Below, in pieces: positions 30,938-40,969 of a stretch of 64,000 nucleotides of DNA (position 1 is its first letter; each line of letters opens with the position of its first letter). A program made the translations under genes and the position numbers. Below the pieces are notes generated by a model. That model had not been told where the DNA came from and made no database searches. It was given only the letters and a program-made list of their open reading frames with translations. The stretch covers positions 231,263 through 295,262 of the forward strand of contig NZ_JBKBKQ010000001.1 of the NCBI RefSeq assembly GCF_046294525.1, read 5' to 3'. Source of the stretch: Acidovorax sp. Lineage in GTDB: Bacteria; Pseudomonadota; Gammaproteobacteria; Burkholderiales; Burkholderiaceae_C.

Positions 30938-33064
30938 ATGCCGCAATCCTTCATGGTCATCCTGATTGCCGTTGGCATCTTTGTCTTCCTGATCCTGGCG
31001 ATGTTCGCCATGTTCGCGAAGTTCTACCGGAAGGTGGAGCAAGGCCACGCGCTCATCATCAACACCCTGCGCTCCGAGCCCGAAGTCACCTTCACCGGCC
31101 GCATGGTCTACCCCATCATCCACAAGGCCGAGCTGATGGACATCTCGGTCAAGACCATCGAGATCGACCGCTCGGGCGACCAGGGCCTGATCTGCGCGGA
31201 CAACATCCGCGCCGACATCAAGGTGAAGTTCTTCGTGCGGGTGAACAAGACGGCCGAGGACGTGCTGCGCGTGGCGCAAGGCATTGGCTGTGCGCGCGCG
31301 TCCAACCACGAGATTCTGGAAGACCTGTTCTCGGCCAAGTTCTCCGAGGCGCTCAAGACCGTGGGCAAGTCGCTCGACTTCGTGGACCTGTACCAGGCGC
31401 GCGATGCCTTCCGCGACAAGATCATCGAGCAGATCGGCGACGACCTGTCGGGCTATGTGCTGGAAGACGCGGCGATTGACTACCTGGAGCAGACGCCGCT
31501 GTCCAAGCTTGATGCCAACAACATCCTCGACGCGCAGGGCATCAAGAAGATCACCCAACTCACTGCAGTGGAACACGTGGTGACCAATGAGCTGCGCCGC
31601 AACGAGGAAATGCAGATCAAGAAGAAGAACGTGGAAACGCAGGAAGCCCTGCTGGAGCTGGAGCGCCAACAGGCCGACGCCACCGCCCGCCAGGCGCGCG
31701 AAGTGGCCAGCGTGAAGGCGCGCGAAGAAGCCGAAACCGCCAAGGTGCGTGCCGAAGAACACACACGCGCCGAGATGGCGCGCCTGCAGTCCGAACAGTT
31801 GCTGGCCGTGCAGAACGAGAACGTGTTGCGCGAGAAGGAAGTGGCCGAGAACAACCGCAAGCGTGCGGTGGTGATCGAGCAGGAGCGCGTGACCCGCGCG
31901 CAAGACCTGGAAGTGGTGGCGCGCGAGAAGGAAGTGACGCTGCAACGCATTGAAAAAGACAAGGCGGTGGAGGTACAGAAGAAGGCCATTGCCGACGTGG
32001 TGCGCGAACGCATCGTGGTCGAACGCACGGTGGCCGAGCAGGAAGAAGCCATCAAGGAAGTGCGCGAAGTGGCCGAGGCCGACCGCACCCGCAAGGCCGT
32101 AGTCATCGGCGCCGAAGCAGCTGCCGAAGAAAAGGTGATCCTGGAAGTGAAGGCTGCTGAAGCCCAGGAACGCAAGGCGCGCCACAAGGCCGCCGAAGAC
32201 CTGGTGCTGGCCGACGCCCGTCTGAAGGTGGCCGAGCGCGAGGCCGAAGCCAAGAAGCGCGAAGCCGAAGGCATTGAAGCCCTGACCGCCGCGCCCGGCC
32301 TGGCCGATGCCAAGGTGCAGATGGCCAGCGCCAGCGCCAAACTGGCCACCATGGAAGCCGAAGCCAGCGGCAAGGAAAAAATTGGCCGTGCCGAAGCCCA
32401 GGTGACCGAAGCCCAGGCACATGCCGACGCCGTGGGCCTGCGCGCCCGCATGGAAGCTGAAGCCGCCGGCAAGGAAAAGGTCGGCCAGGCCGAAGCCTTG
32501 GTGCGCACCGTGGACGCCGAAGCCCTGGCCAAGATGGGCGACGCCGAAGCGCACAACATCGACGTGAAGTTCAACGCCGAGGCGCGCGGCCTGAAGGAAA
32601 AGTTCGAGGCCATGAAAGCCATGAGCACCGAAACGCGCGAGCACGAGGAGTACCGCATGCGCCTGGAGCGCGCGCACCTCGAAACCCTGAAGCAGATCGA
32701 GGCGCAGCAGCACATCGCCAAGGAACAGGCCGAAGTGCTGGGCGTGGCGCTGAAGAACGCGCGCATCGACATCGTGGGCGGCCAGGGCGACTACTTCGAC
32801 AGCTTTGTGCGTGCGCTGTCCGTTGGCAAGGGCATCGACGCGGCCGTGAACAAAAGCGACACGCTGCAGGTGGCCTTCAAAGACCAGCTCAGCGGCGAGC
32901 GCGACGTGGTGGAAGACGTGAAACAGATCCTGGGCGCTGCAGGCCAGTCGGCAGGCGAGCTGCAGAACCTGAGCGTCTCGGCCCTCATCGCACGGGTGAT
33001 GCAGACCGGCACCGACAGCCAGAAGCAGGCCTTGCAGCAACTGGCACAGAGCTTTCGCAAGTAA
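30938..33064 (+). CDS. flotillin-family protein (SPFH/band 7 domain, YqiK-like) with a long coiled-coil extension
   Basis: N-terminal TM segment then an SPFH domain (...PIIHKAELMDISVKTIEIDRSG...ICADNIRADIKVKFFVRV...), followed by ~450 aa of E/A/K-rich coiled coil; 708 aa. Confidence 0.85.
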   Translation: MPQSFMVILIAVGIFVFLILAMFAMFAKFYRKVEQGHALIINTLRSEPEVTFTGRMVYPIIHKAELMDISVKTIEIDRSGDQGLICADNIRADIKVKFFVRVNKTAEDVLRVAQGIGCARASNHEILEDLFSAKFSEALKTVGKSLDFVDLYQARDAFRDKIIEQIGDDLSGYVLEDAAIDYLEQTPLSKLDANNILDAQGIKKITQLTAVEHVVTNELRRNEEMQIKKKNVETQEALLELERQQADATARQAREVASVKAREEAETAKVRAEEHTRAEMARLQSEQLLAVQNENVLREKEVAENNRKRAVVIEQERVTRAQDLEVVAREKEVTLQRIEKDKAVEVQKKAIADVVRERIVVERTVAEQEEAIKEVREVAEADRTRKAVVIGAEAAAEEKVILEVKAAEAQERKARHKAAEDLVLADARLKVAEREAEAKKREAEGIEALTAAPGLADAKVQMASASAKLATMEAEASGKEKIGRAEAQVTEAQAHADAVGLRARMEAEAAGKEKVGQAEALVRTVDAEALAKMGDAEAHNIDVKFNAEARGLKEKFEAMKAMSTETREHEEYRMRLERAHLETLKQIEAQQHIAKEQAEVLGVALKNARIDIVGGQGDYFDSFVRALSVGKGIDAAVNKSDTLQVAFKDQLSGERDVVEDVKQILGAAGQSAGELQNLSVSALIARVMQTGTDSQKQALQQLAQSFRK

Positions 33065-33175
33065 GCAAAAACCATAGCATCTGGCGCTTGGTGCACAAGG
33101 GCTTCAGATGTTTTTCATTTGAAACCCAATGAAATCAAGCGCCAAAAGCTCTCATTTTCATAGCACAACACAGCC

Positions 33176-33751
33176 ATGACCCCACGCTTGCATTGCAGCT
33201 GCACCCTGCGCTCCGTGCTTAAAAACGTGGCGCTGGACGAAGGCCTTCCCGCACTGGCCTGTCCCGACTGCGGCGCCGTGCTGCTGAAGATGGACGACTG
33301 GCGCCGCTGGCGCAGCCGCTCGCCTGCGGCAGTGGCGCTCGGTGTTTCCGTAGCCGCTGATGCCGTCTCTGCCGACCCAGGCCGTGCGCGCGCCTGCCCG
33401 GCCTGCACACGGCTCATGGAACGCCTGCCCTTGGACGCCGCCGGTGCCCTGCGCCTGGACCGTTGCAGCACTTGCCAGACGGTGTGGCTGGACCCGGGCG
33501 AATGGCAGGCCCTGGTGGAGCGTGGCCTGGCGTCACAGCTGGACGCTCAGATGTCGGACGGCGGTCAACGCCGCCTGCAGGCCGAACGTCTGCATGCAAG
33601 CCGCATTCAGGCTTTGCGCCAACGCCACGGCGACGCTTGCATGGACGAAGTGCTGCGCATCCGCCGCTGGCTGGCCGAACAGCCGCGCCGTGACGAAGTG
33701 CTGGCGCTGTTGCAGGCGCCCGAAGCGGCAGCGCCCTCACAAAGAAACTGA
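33176..33751 (+). CDS. zinc-ribbon domain protein (hypothetical)
   Basis: 191 aa with two Cys clusters (CPDCG...CPAC...CSTC); GC-rich coding. Confidence 0.45.
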   Translation: MTPRLHCSCTLRSVLKNVALDEGLPALACPDCGAVLLKMDDWRRWRSRSPAAVALGVSVAADAVSADPGRARACPACTRLMERLPLDAAGALRLDRCSTCQTVWLDPGEWQALVERGLASQLDAQMSDGGQRRLQAERLHASRIQALRQRHGDACMDEVLRIRRWLAEQPRRDEVLALLQAPEAAAPSQRN

Positions 33752-33817
33752 AATAAGACGACGGGCAACGCATATCAACGCTCTCGCGTCTGCCTTAAAT
33801 TTGAACTGGATAGCTGC

Positions 33818-35227
33818 ATGACCTACAAATCCACCTGGCAATTGCCCGGCCATAACCCGCCAATGCTTGTCCAGCTTTCCATCGTTCCCTATGGCGCCAA
33901 CGGCACAGCTTCTTTCCGAATCTCAAGCTGCGTACTTAAAAAGGACCCGAGTCCCACCATTTTTCCCGGCGGCGAGGTGCTTCAGCTGACGCAGCCGGAC
34001 GGCGACCGAATCGTTGTGCAGAAGTATCTGGACTGGATTGCAGCCAACCCTGGGGTAATTCCGCGGTTCGACAACAACAACGGTCTTTTCCCTGAGTACT
34101 TCTTGGAGCCACAAGGTCGGCGCAAGACAGCCACTGAACTCCTGCTCGACGAAGCCATGTTGCGAGTGGAGCTGGGAGACTACGAGATTGCCCAGACCCT
34201 TCTCAACTCCATCGTTGAGCCTTCAGACTGCATGTTTCACCACACCGTGCTGCGCCGTCTTTATGCCAACTGGGCCACCGACGCTGCTGGCGCACCGGCA
34301 CAAGTGCATGCACAACGGGCAGTGCACCATGCAGAAGTCATCGTTGACATCTATCGCAAGATGGAGTCGGTGCATGAATACCCTGACAGATATGTTTGCT
34401 ACTACTTCGGTGACTACAGCACCGCCGGCTCTCAAGTCTCCAGCGCATGCGCGACCTTGGTGAGACATCGGTTACAGCAGCGGCAATTCCAAGCTGCGCT
34501 GGAAATCGCCGCATACGGAATCGCCGCAAATCGCTGGGACAGCGACTTGCGTGAACTGCAGATTCGCGCCCTGATGGCTATGGGCCGCAATGAGGAGGTT
34601 TGGCCGATATACGCCCTAAATCATCGCGGTATCGGCCCCATGCCGGAGGTAACCGAAACGGAAGGCTATCGCGCCTACATACGCGCGCAGTCTGAAGAAG
34701 CGCAGACCCAAGAGAAAAAGCGCCGCGCCAGCGTCGTCTTGCGCTATCACGATAGCCCTCTCCTCACCGACACAGAGCAGGCTGCATGGAAGGCACGGTA
34801 TCTGAATCTGCCGCAGAACTTTCTGTCCTGGGTCTCCAGCGGCCAGCGTACGCATCTGAAGGGCAGCGTGGAAACGGACGAGTACGAATACCGTCTGTTC
34901 AACCTGCAACAAAGCCAAGAATGGCACACCGACTTCATGGGGTGGCTCAATCTGCACGCAAAAAGCAGCCCAGACTTTCATGCGGAGATTTGGCAACACA
35001 TCCACGCAAGCGGCATTGATCCCGAACGCATGACTCCCATCCTAGGTGATACACACACGCCAGATGGCTTTCTGGTGCGATGCGACGGCGGGCCCGGAGA
35101 GTATGGCGCCGTCTACTTCTGGAGCCATGAGGAACTGCCAGTGTTCGAAAAAATCGCTGACAGCGCCCAAGACCTAATGCCGTGGCTTGCGACCGCAATA
35201 AGAGAAGGCAAGCCATTCATTTTGTAA
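33818..35227 (+). CDS. hypothetical protein with C-terminal SUKH-1 (SMI1/KNR4) immunity-like domain
   Basis: 469 aa; the C-terminal ~130 aa carry the SUKH-1 hallmarks LPQNFLSWV ... DGGPGEYGAVYFWSHEELPVFEKIADSAQDLMPWL; the gene is markedly lower in GC than its flanks. Confidence 0.5.
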   Translation: MTYKSTWQLPGHNPPMLVQLSIVPYGANGTASFRISSCVLKKDPSPTIFPGGEVLQLTQPDGDRIVVQKYLDWIAANPGVIPRFDNNNGLFPEYFLEPQGRRKTATELLLDEAMLRVELGDYEIAQTLLNSIVEPSDCMFHHTVLRRLYANWATDAAGAPAQVHAQRAVHHAEVIVDIYRKMESVHEYPDRYVCYYFGDYSTAGSQVSSACATLVRHRLQQRQFQAALEIAAYGIAANRWDSDLRELQIRALMAMGRNEEVWPIYALNHRGIGPMPEVTETEGYRAYIRAQSEEAQTQEKKRRASVVLRYHDSPLLTDTEQAAWKARYLNLPQNFLSWVSSGQRTHLKGSVETDEYEYRLFNLQQSQEWHTDFMGWLNLHAKSSPDFHAEIWQHIHASGIDPERMTPILGDTHTPDGFLVRCDGGPGEYGAVYFWSHEELPVFEKIADSAQDLMPWLATAIREGKPFIL

Positions 35228-35313
35228 CCGCCTTGCTTCTCAATGCATGCAAATTTGATAGCGCGTAGCGCTCATTGGATTAACGCCACAGCGACTTTTA
35301 ACAAAATTCCGCC

Positions 35314-38300
35314 ATGACCTCCATGTCCGAAACGCACGATGACGCCATCGACACCAGCGTGGCCGAAAGCAGCAGCTATGAGTTGCTGAAGAAACGCCTG
35401 GAAGCCCAGGGCGACACGCTGTTGTCCAAAGCACAGGCGCTCAACGCGGCGCGCATTGGCCAGTTCGGCCAGCGCGACCAGCAACTGCTGATGCGTTTGC
35501 GTGCGCGCACCGAGCACAGCTGCGTGGCGCGTGACCTGGCCTACATCGGCGGCAACCGGCTGCTGTTTGGCTACAACGTGTTCATGGGCCTCAAGCGCGA
35601 AACGCGGGTGGAGGACGTTTTCGCGCTGTACGAGTTGGCGCACCACGATGCGACCCGTGAAGAAGCGGGCGCTCCCGACAGCGACGAGCTGGTGCAGGTG
35701 CCGATGGCGGGCGGCTTTCTGGACGACCCACGTTTTGTGGCCGACTTCAACGAGCTCTACACCTACTACAAGCAGGCCACGCTGCAGTTGCTGCGCCCCA
35801 CGCCCGAATTTTTGTTGGCCGCGTTTCAGATCGGCCAGCAGGCGCAGGACATTCGAGTGTTTCGCTGGCGGCGTGAAAGCGATGGCTCGCTGAAGTACGT
35901 GGACAACCGCGGCGAGCGCGACCTGGCGCCGCCGCCCAGCCACGATTTCAGCTGGACGCCGCTGACACGCGAACACCATGTGGGCGGCGCGCACCCGCAC
36001 ATCAATGTGCTGGACACCATCTTTGTGGAAACCACCGGTGGCACGCTGACGGTGAAGGTGGAGAACAACACCGAGTCTGGCCTGGGCATCTACGATGAGC
36101 CCGTGGAAGACGCCAACCAGGCGCTGGGCGATGCCGAGTTTGCCTACGCCAAGCTGGGCCTGTTGATCCTGCTGCAGGTGCGCCCCTACCGCGAGAGCAC
36201 CACGCGCTACCTGGTGTTCAACCAGCGCACGCGGCAGGTGGTGCGCATCGACGCCATTGGCGCATCGTGCATGCAGCTGCCGGAGGACCACGGCATCATC
36301 TTCCCCGGCGGGTACTACCTGCAGTCGGGCGAGACCAAGCGCTTTGACCTGCCGCCCGAGCTGACCGAGCAGCTGCGCTATACGCGCATGAAGCGCTCGC
36401 CGAACGGGGAAGACGTGGCCTACATCTTCTACGGCACGGTGCCCCCGCCGCAGGGCAGCCCGGCCACGCTGGATGCGGGCTGCTATGCCATCTTCACCTA
36501 CAACCTCATCGACAAGTCGCTCGCGCCGCCCGTCCTGGCCGATGGGTACAGCACCTTCCCGGACGGGCGCATGCTGGTGTTCCAGGCCGCGCGCGGCGAG
36601 GCCGCGCGCGTACACCCTATGCAGCTGTGGCGCACACCCTTTGCCACCGAGGAACACGCCAGCCGCCAGCCCGCCGGCACGGGCTTCTTTGGCCGCGTGG
36701 GCAATGCCGACCTGGTGCGCGGCATCTCGGACCTGCTGGGCATTGCCCGCATGGTGCGCGAGCAGGTGCCCACGCGCACTGCGTACGAAGACCTGATACG
36801 CCAGTGCCAGCGCGCACGCGACGCCTACTTCTGGCTGGACGCCGGCGAGGTGCAGAACGCTGCGGCTGACCTGTCGGCCATCGAGCAGGCCGCGCAGGCC
36901 ACGCTGGGCGAGTTTGAAAAGGTTGAGAGCATCCGCCAGGACACGGCCCGCGCATTGCACAAGGCCGAAGGCCAGCAGCGCGAGCTGATGACCGCCATTG
37001 CCAGCCAGATGTGGCGCAGCCCCAGCGACTTTGTGCAGGCGCTCAACCGCCTGCGCCAGCGCCAGGGCGAGCTGCACCTGCTGCGCGAGCTGCGCTATGC
37101 CGACCTGGCCGCCGTGGATGCCATGGCCGCGCAGCTCACGGCCGAGCAGCAGCGCGTGGGCGAACGCGCGCTGCAGTTCCTGTCCGACGAAAAAGCCTTT
37201 GACGGCCAGCGCCAGGCCCTGACCAAGGTGGCCACCACCCTGCCCCAGGCCGCCACCGCCGCGCAACTGGCCGAGCAGTTGGACACGCTGGACGCCGAAG
37301 CCGCCAGCCTGGACCTGCTAAGCGAACAACTGGGCAACCTGCCCGGCGGCGATGCCGTGCAGCGCACCACCATCCTCGACCGCATTGCGCTGCTGTACGC
37401 TGACATCAACCGCCTGCGCGCCGATGCCCGCGCGCGCCGCCGCAACCTGGGTGCGGCCGAGCAGCGGGCGGAGTTTGGCGCGCAGTTCAAGCTGTTCGGC
37501 CAGGCCGTGGAAAACGCGCTGGAGCTGTCGGACACGCCCGAAAAGTGCGACGAGGCGCTGACCCGCCTGCTGGCGCAGCTGGAAGACATCGAAGGCCGCT
37601 TTGCCGAGCAGGAAGAGTTTCTGGCCGACATCGCCACCCAGCGCGAAAGCGTGTACGAGGCCCTGTCGGCCCGTCGCCAAAGCCTGGTGGATGCACAGCA
37701 GCGCCGCGCCAAGGCCCTGGCCGATGCGGCCGGGCGCGTGCTGGACGGCGTGCCGCGCCGCATTGCCGGCTTTGGCGAGCTGGCCCAGGTGCACAGCTAC
37801 TTCGCGTCCGACCCCATGCTGACCAAGCTGCGCGAGCAGGTGGCCGAGCTGCGCCGCCTGGGCGCGGCCGTGGCGGCCGACGACATCGACACGCGCCTGA
37901 AGACCGCCCGCGACCAGGCCGTGCGCGCGGTGCGCGACCAGCGGGAGCTCTCGGCCGGCGCCGAGGGCGGCCTGAAGCTGGGCAGCCACACCTTCACCAT
38001 CAACAAGCAGCCGCTAGACCTGACCCTCGTCGCCCACGGCAATGGACTGGCCTGGCAGATCACCGGCACCGACTACCTGGCCCCGGCGCACGACGCGCGG
38101 CTGCAGGTGCTGCGCCCCTTCTGGCAGCAGGCCCTGGTGTCGGAGACGCCGCAGTTGGCACGCGCCGAATACCTGGCCGCCGAATGGCTGGAAGCCCAGC
38201 AGCGCGGCGAGGCCGAGCCCGGCTGGAGCGAGCTGCTGGTGCAGCTGGCCGAGCATGCGCGCACGGATGGCATCGATGGCACCGAGCCCACCACCCCGCC

Positions 38301-40944
38301 CGCCGTGCTGCTCGATTCACTACGCCGCTTTGCCGCCAGCCGCTATCAAGAGGGCTACCAGCGCGGCATCCACGACGACGACGCCCTGGCCATCGTGCGC
38401 GTGCTCGCGCCCATCCAGGATGCGGCCGGGCTGCTGGTCTATGGCCCATCCGAGCGCGCGCTGGCCAAGCTCTACTGGCACCTGGGCCTGCGCGAGGAGA
38501 GCCGCAACTCCCTGGCCCGCCGCGCTCGCAGCGCCCAGCACATCGCGCAGCTGTTTTCACAGACCACGCTGCGGGACACGCTGGAGGCCGAGGCTGCGCA
38601 GGGTCTGCGCCAGTTTGTGGAGCAGCACCCCGTGCTGGCCGATGAGTGGCTGCCGGAGCTGGCCCAAGCACTGGGAACCGACAGCGCGGAAGGCGGGAGC
38701 GACGAGGCTTTGCTGCGCACGCTTGTGGAAGAAGCCAGCGCCTACCTGGTGCGCGAGCTGGCCCACACCGACATCGGAACGGCCGAGCTGGCCTCCGTCA
38801 CGCCGCAATGGGTGATCAGCAACACGGGCGCGGACCTGGTGCAGGCCCTGCAGCGCGCGCTGGACCATGGGGGCCTGGCCAGCGCCTGGCAGCGCGACCT
38901 GGCGGCCGCCGAGCCGCTGGAGCGCTGGCGCCTCGCGCGCGGCTGGCTGCGCGCGTTTGCCGCATCGCAGGCGGATGCCGACGGTGCCACGCCAGCCCTC
39001 GCCTGGATTGACGATGCCGCCACGGCGCTCACCTTCCAGGGTACGCGCCGCCGCATCAACGCCACGCTGGACGCGCAGGTGGCCGGGCTGCGCAGCGAGC
39101 ACATGCGCATCCAGCACGGCGCGCTGGCGTTCAACCTCAACGACTTTCGCCGGCGCGTGCGCCATCACCGCAGCCACGCGGTGCGCGGCTTTTTGCAGTT
39201 GCAGGCCCTGCGGCACGAGCTGCTGGTGCAAGAAAAAGCGCGCCTGCACCTGGCCCAGTTCCAGGCCAAACCGCTGGCCACCTTTGTGCGCAACCGGCTC
39301 ATCGACGAGGTGTACCTGCCGCTGGTGGGCAACAACCTGGCCAAGCAACTGGGCGCCGCAGGCGAGAGCGCACGCACCGACCGCATGGGCATGCTGCTGC
39401 TGATCTCGCCGCCCGGCTATGGCAAGACCACGCTGATGGAATATGTAGCCAACCGCTTGGGCCTGGTGTTTGTGCGCATCAACTGCCCGGCCCTGGGCCA
39501 TGGCGTGACCAGCATCGACCCCAGCACCGCGCCCAACAGCGCGGCGCGGCAAGAGCTGGAAAAGCTCAACCTGGGCCTGGCTATGGGCAGCAACGTGATG
39601 CTGTACCTGGACGATATCCAGCACACGCACCCCGAGTTTTTGCAGAAGTTCATCGCTCTGGCCGACGGCACCCGCCGCATTGAAGGCGTGTGGCAGGGCC
39701 AGCCCCGCACCTGGGACATGCGCGGCAAGCGCTTTGCCATCGTGATGGCGGGCAACCCGTACACCGAATCGGGCGACGTGTTCCGCATCCCCGACATGCT
39801 GGCCAACCGCGCCGACATCTACAACCTGGGCGACGTGCTCTCGGGCCGCGAGGCCGTGTTTGCGCTGTCGTACATCGAAAACAGCCTGACCGCCCACCCC
39901 GTGACCCAGCCCCTGGCCGCGCGCGAACCGCAGGACGTGCACGTGCTGGTGCGCATGGCCCAGGGCGAGGCCATCGACACCAGCAGCTTTGCCCACCCCT
40001 ACAGCGCGGTGGAGCTGCAGGAACTCAAGGGCCTGCTGCAGCGCCTGTTCAAAGTGCGCGACGTGCTGCTGAAGGTGAACCTGGCCTACATCGCCTCGGC
40101 CGCGCAGGACGACCGCTACCGCGAGGCGCCGCCCTTCCGCCTGCAAGGCAGCTACCGCAACATGGCGCGCCTGGCGCCGCAGGTCACGCCGCTGATGCAG
40201 GACGACGAGCTCGATGCGCTGCTGCGCGACCACTACCGCGGCGAGGCGCAGACTCTGACCACTGGCGCCGAAGAAAACTTGCTGCAGCTGGCGCAGCTGA
40301 TCGGCCGCCCCACGCCCCAGGAGCAAGAGCGCTGGGACCAGATCCGGGGCGACTACCAGCGCCAGCGCAAGATGGGCGGCGCCGAGGACGACCCGAGCGT
40401 GCGCGTGACGCGTGGGCTGCTGGACATTGCCCGCAGCGTGGAAGCCCTGCAGCCCCGCCAGGCCACCGAGCAGCTCACGCAGCAGATCGCAAAGCCGTTG
40501 GCCGCTATTGCGCAGCAGCTGGCCCAGCCCTCGCCCGCGCAGCAGGCCCAGGCCGCGGCGTTGGACCGCATCGAACCCGCGCTGAACGCCCTGGCGGAGC
40601 TGGCCCAGCACCTGCAAAAGGGCACCACCCAGACCCAGGCGCAGATGCGCGCCAGCCTGGACGCCACGGCAGAGGCGCTGCTAGCCCTGCAGGCCAGCAC
40701 CCAGGTCCTGCACGCCCACAGCGACCAGGCCCAGAGCCAGCGCATGGTGGACGCACTGCTGTCGCTGTCGGTCACCTACCGCCAGCTCATCATGCCGCTG
40801 GTGCGGGCGGTGGAAAGCCGCGTGGGGGCCGACGCCAAGATGCACCAGGAGGTGGAACGACTGGAGGGCATGATCGACAACCTGCGCGAGGCTCCGCCAT
40901 CAAGGGAAGCGCCGCCACCAAAGAAGAAGCCCCATCAGACTTAG
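35314..40944 (+). CDS. giant (1876 aa) uncharacterised protein with C-terminal-proximal MoxR/midasin-like AAA+ ATPase module
   Basis: Walker A LLISPPGYGKTT, Walker B VMLYLDDIQH and sensor-1 IVMAGNPYTESGD at about residues 1370-1480; roughly 700 aa of coiled-coil-like Ala/Leu/Gln/Arg-rich sequence precede it, and an N-terminal ~500-aa globular region; the frame stays open across 5.6 kb of high-GC DNA. Confidence 0.8.
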   Translation: MTSMSETHDDAIDTSVAESSSYELLKKRLEAQGDTLLSKAQALNAARIGQFGQRDQQLLMRLRARTEHSCVARDLAYIGGNRLLFGYNVFMGLKRETRVEDVFALYELAHHDATREEAGAPDSDELVQVPMAGGFLDDPRFVADFNELYTYYKQATLQLLRPTPEFLLAAFQIGQQAQDIRVFRWRRESDGSLKYVDNRGERDLAPPPSHDFSWTPLTREHHVGGAHPHINVLDTIFVETTGGTLTVKVENNTESGLGIYDEPVEDANQALGDAEFAYAKLGLLILLQVRPYRESTTRYLVFNQRTRQVVRIDAIGASCMQLPEDHGIIFPGGYYLQSGETKRFDLPPELTEQLRYTRMKRSPNGEDVAYIFYGTVPPPQGSPATLDAGCYAIFTYNLIDKSLAPPVLADGYSTFPDGRMLVFQAARGEAARVHPMQLWRTPFATEEHASRQPAGTGFFGRVGNADLVRGISDLLGIARMVREQVPTRTAYEDLIRQCQRARDAYFWLDAGEVQNAAADLSAIEQAAQATLGEFEKVESIRQDTARALHKAEGQQRELMTAIASQMWRSPSDFVQALNRLRQRQGELHLLRELRYADLAAVDAMAAQLTAEQQRVGERALQFLSDEKAFDGQRQALTKVATTLPQAATAAQLAEQLDTLDAEAASLDLLSEQLGNLPGGDAVQRTTILDRIALLYADINRLRADARARRRNLGAAEQRAEFGAQFKLFGQAVENALELSDTPEKCDEALTRLLAQLEDIEGRFAEQEEFLADIATQRESVYEALSARRQSLVDAQQRRAKALADAAGRVLDGVPRRIAGFGELAQVHSYFASDPMLTKLREQVAELRRLGAAVAADDIDTRLKTARDQAVRAVRDQRELSAGAEGGLKLGSHTFTINKQPLDLTLVAHGNGLAWQITGTDYLAPAHDARLQVLRPFWQQALVSETPQLARAEYLAAEWLEAQQRGEAEPGWSELLVQLAEHARTDGIDGTEPTTPPAVLLDSLRRFAASRYQEGYQRGIHDDDALAIVRVLAPIQDAAGLLVYGPSERALAKLYWHLGLREESRNSLARRARSAQHIAQLFSQTTLRDTLEAEAAQGLRQFVEQHPVLADEWLPELAQALGTDSAEGGSDEALLRTLVEEASAYLVRELAHTDIGTAELASVTPQWVISNTGADLVQALQRALDHGGLASAWQRDLAAAEPLERWRLARGWLRAFAASQADADGATPALAWIDDAATALTFQGTRRRINATLDAQVAGLRSEHMRIQHGALAFNLNDFRRRVRHHRSHAVRGFLQLQALRHELLVQEKARLHLAQFQAKPLATFVRNRLIDEVYLPLVGNNLAKQLGAAGESARTDRMGMLLLISPPGYGKTTLMEYVANRLGLVFVRINCPALGHGVTSIDPSTAPNSAARQELEKLNLGLAMGSNVMLYLDDIQHTHPEFLQKFIALADGTRRIEGVWQGQPRTWDMRGKRFAIVMAGNPYTESGDVFRIPDMLANRADIYNLGDVLSGREAVFALSYIENSLTAHPVTQPLAAREPQDVHVLVRMAQGEAIDTSSFAHPYSAVELQELKGLLQRLFKVRDVLLKVNLAYIASAAQDDRYREAPPFRLQGSYRNMARLAPQVTPLMQDDELDALLRDHYRGEAQTLTTGAEENLLQLAQLIGRPTPQEQERWDQIRGDYQRQRKMGGAEDDPSVRVTRGLLDIARSVEALQPRQATEQLTQQIAKPLAAIAQQLAQPSPAQQAQAAALDRIEPALNALAELAQHLQKGTTQTQAQMRASLDATAEALLALQASTQVLHAHSDQAQSQRMVDALLSLSVTYRQLIMPLVRAVESRVGADAKMHQEVERLEGMIDNLREAPPSREAPPPKKKPHQT

Positions 40945-40969
40945 GCGATGTCGTCGCGCACGGTTCTAC

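Noticed and set aside
30917-33040. 707-aa - strand ORF antisense to the flotillin gene
   Set aside because: The coiled-coil-encoding GC-rich repeats generate an open antisense frame; the flotillin SPFH domain is on the + strand
35272-40617. 664-aa and 686-aa - strand ORFs antisense to the giant AAA+ gene
   Set aside because: Low-complexity Ala/Gly/Arg/Leu translations without motifs; the sense strand has clear Walker A/B and sensor motifs
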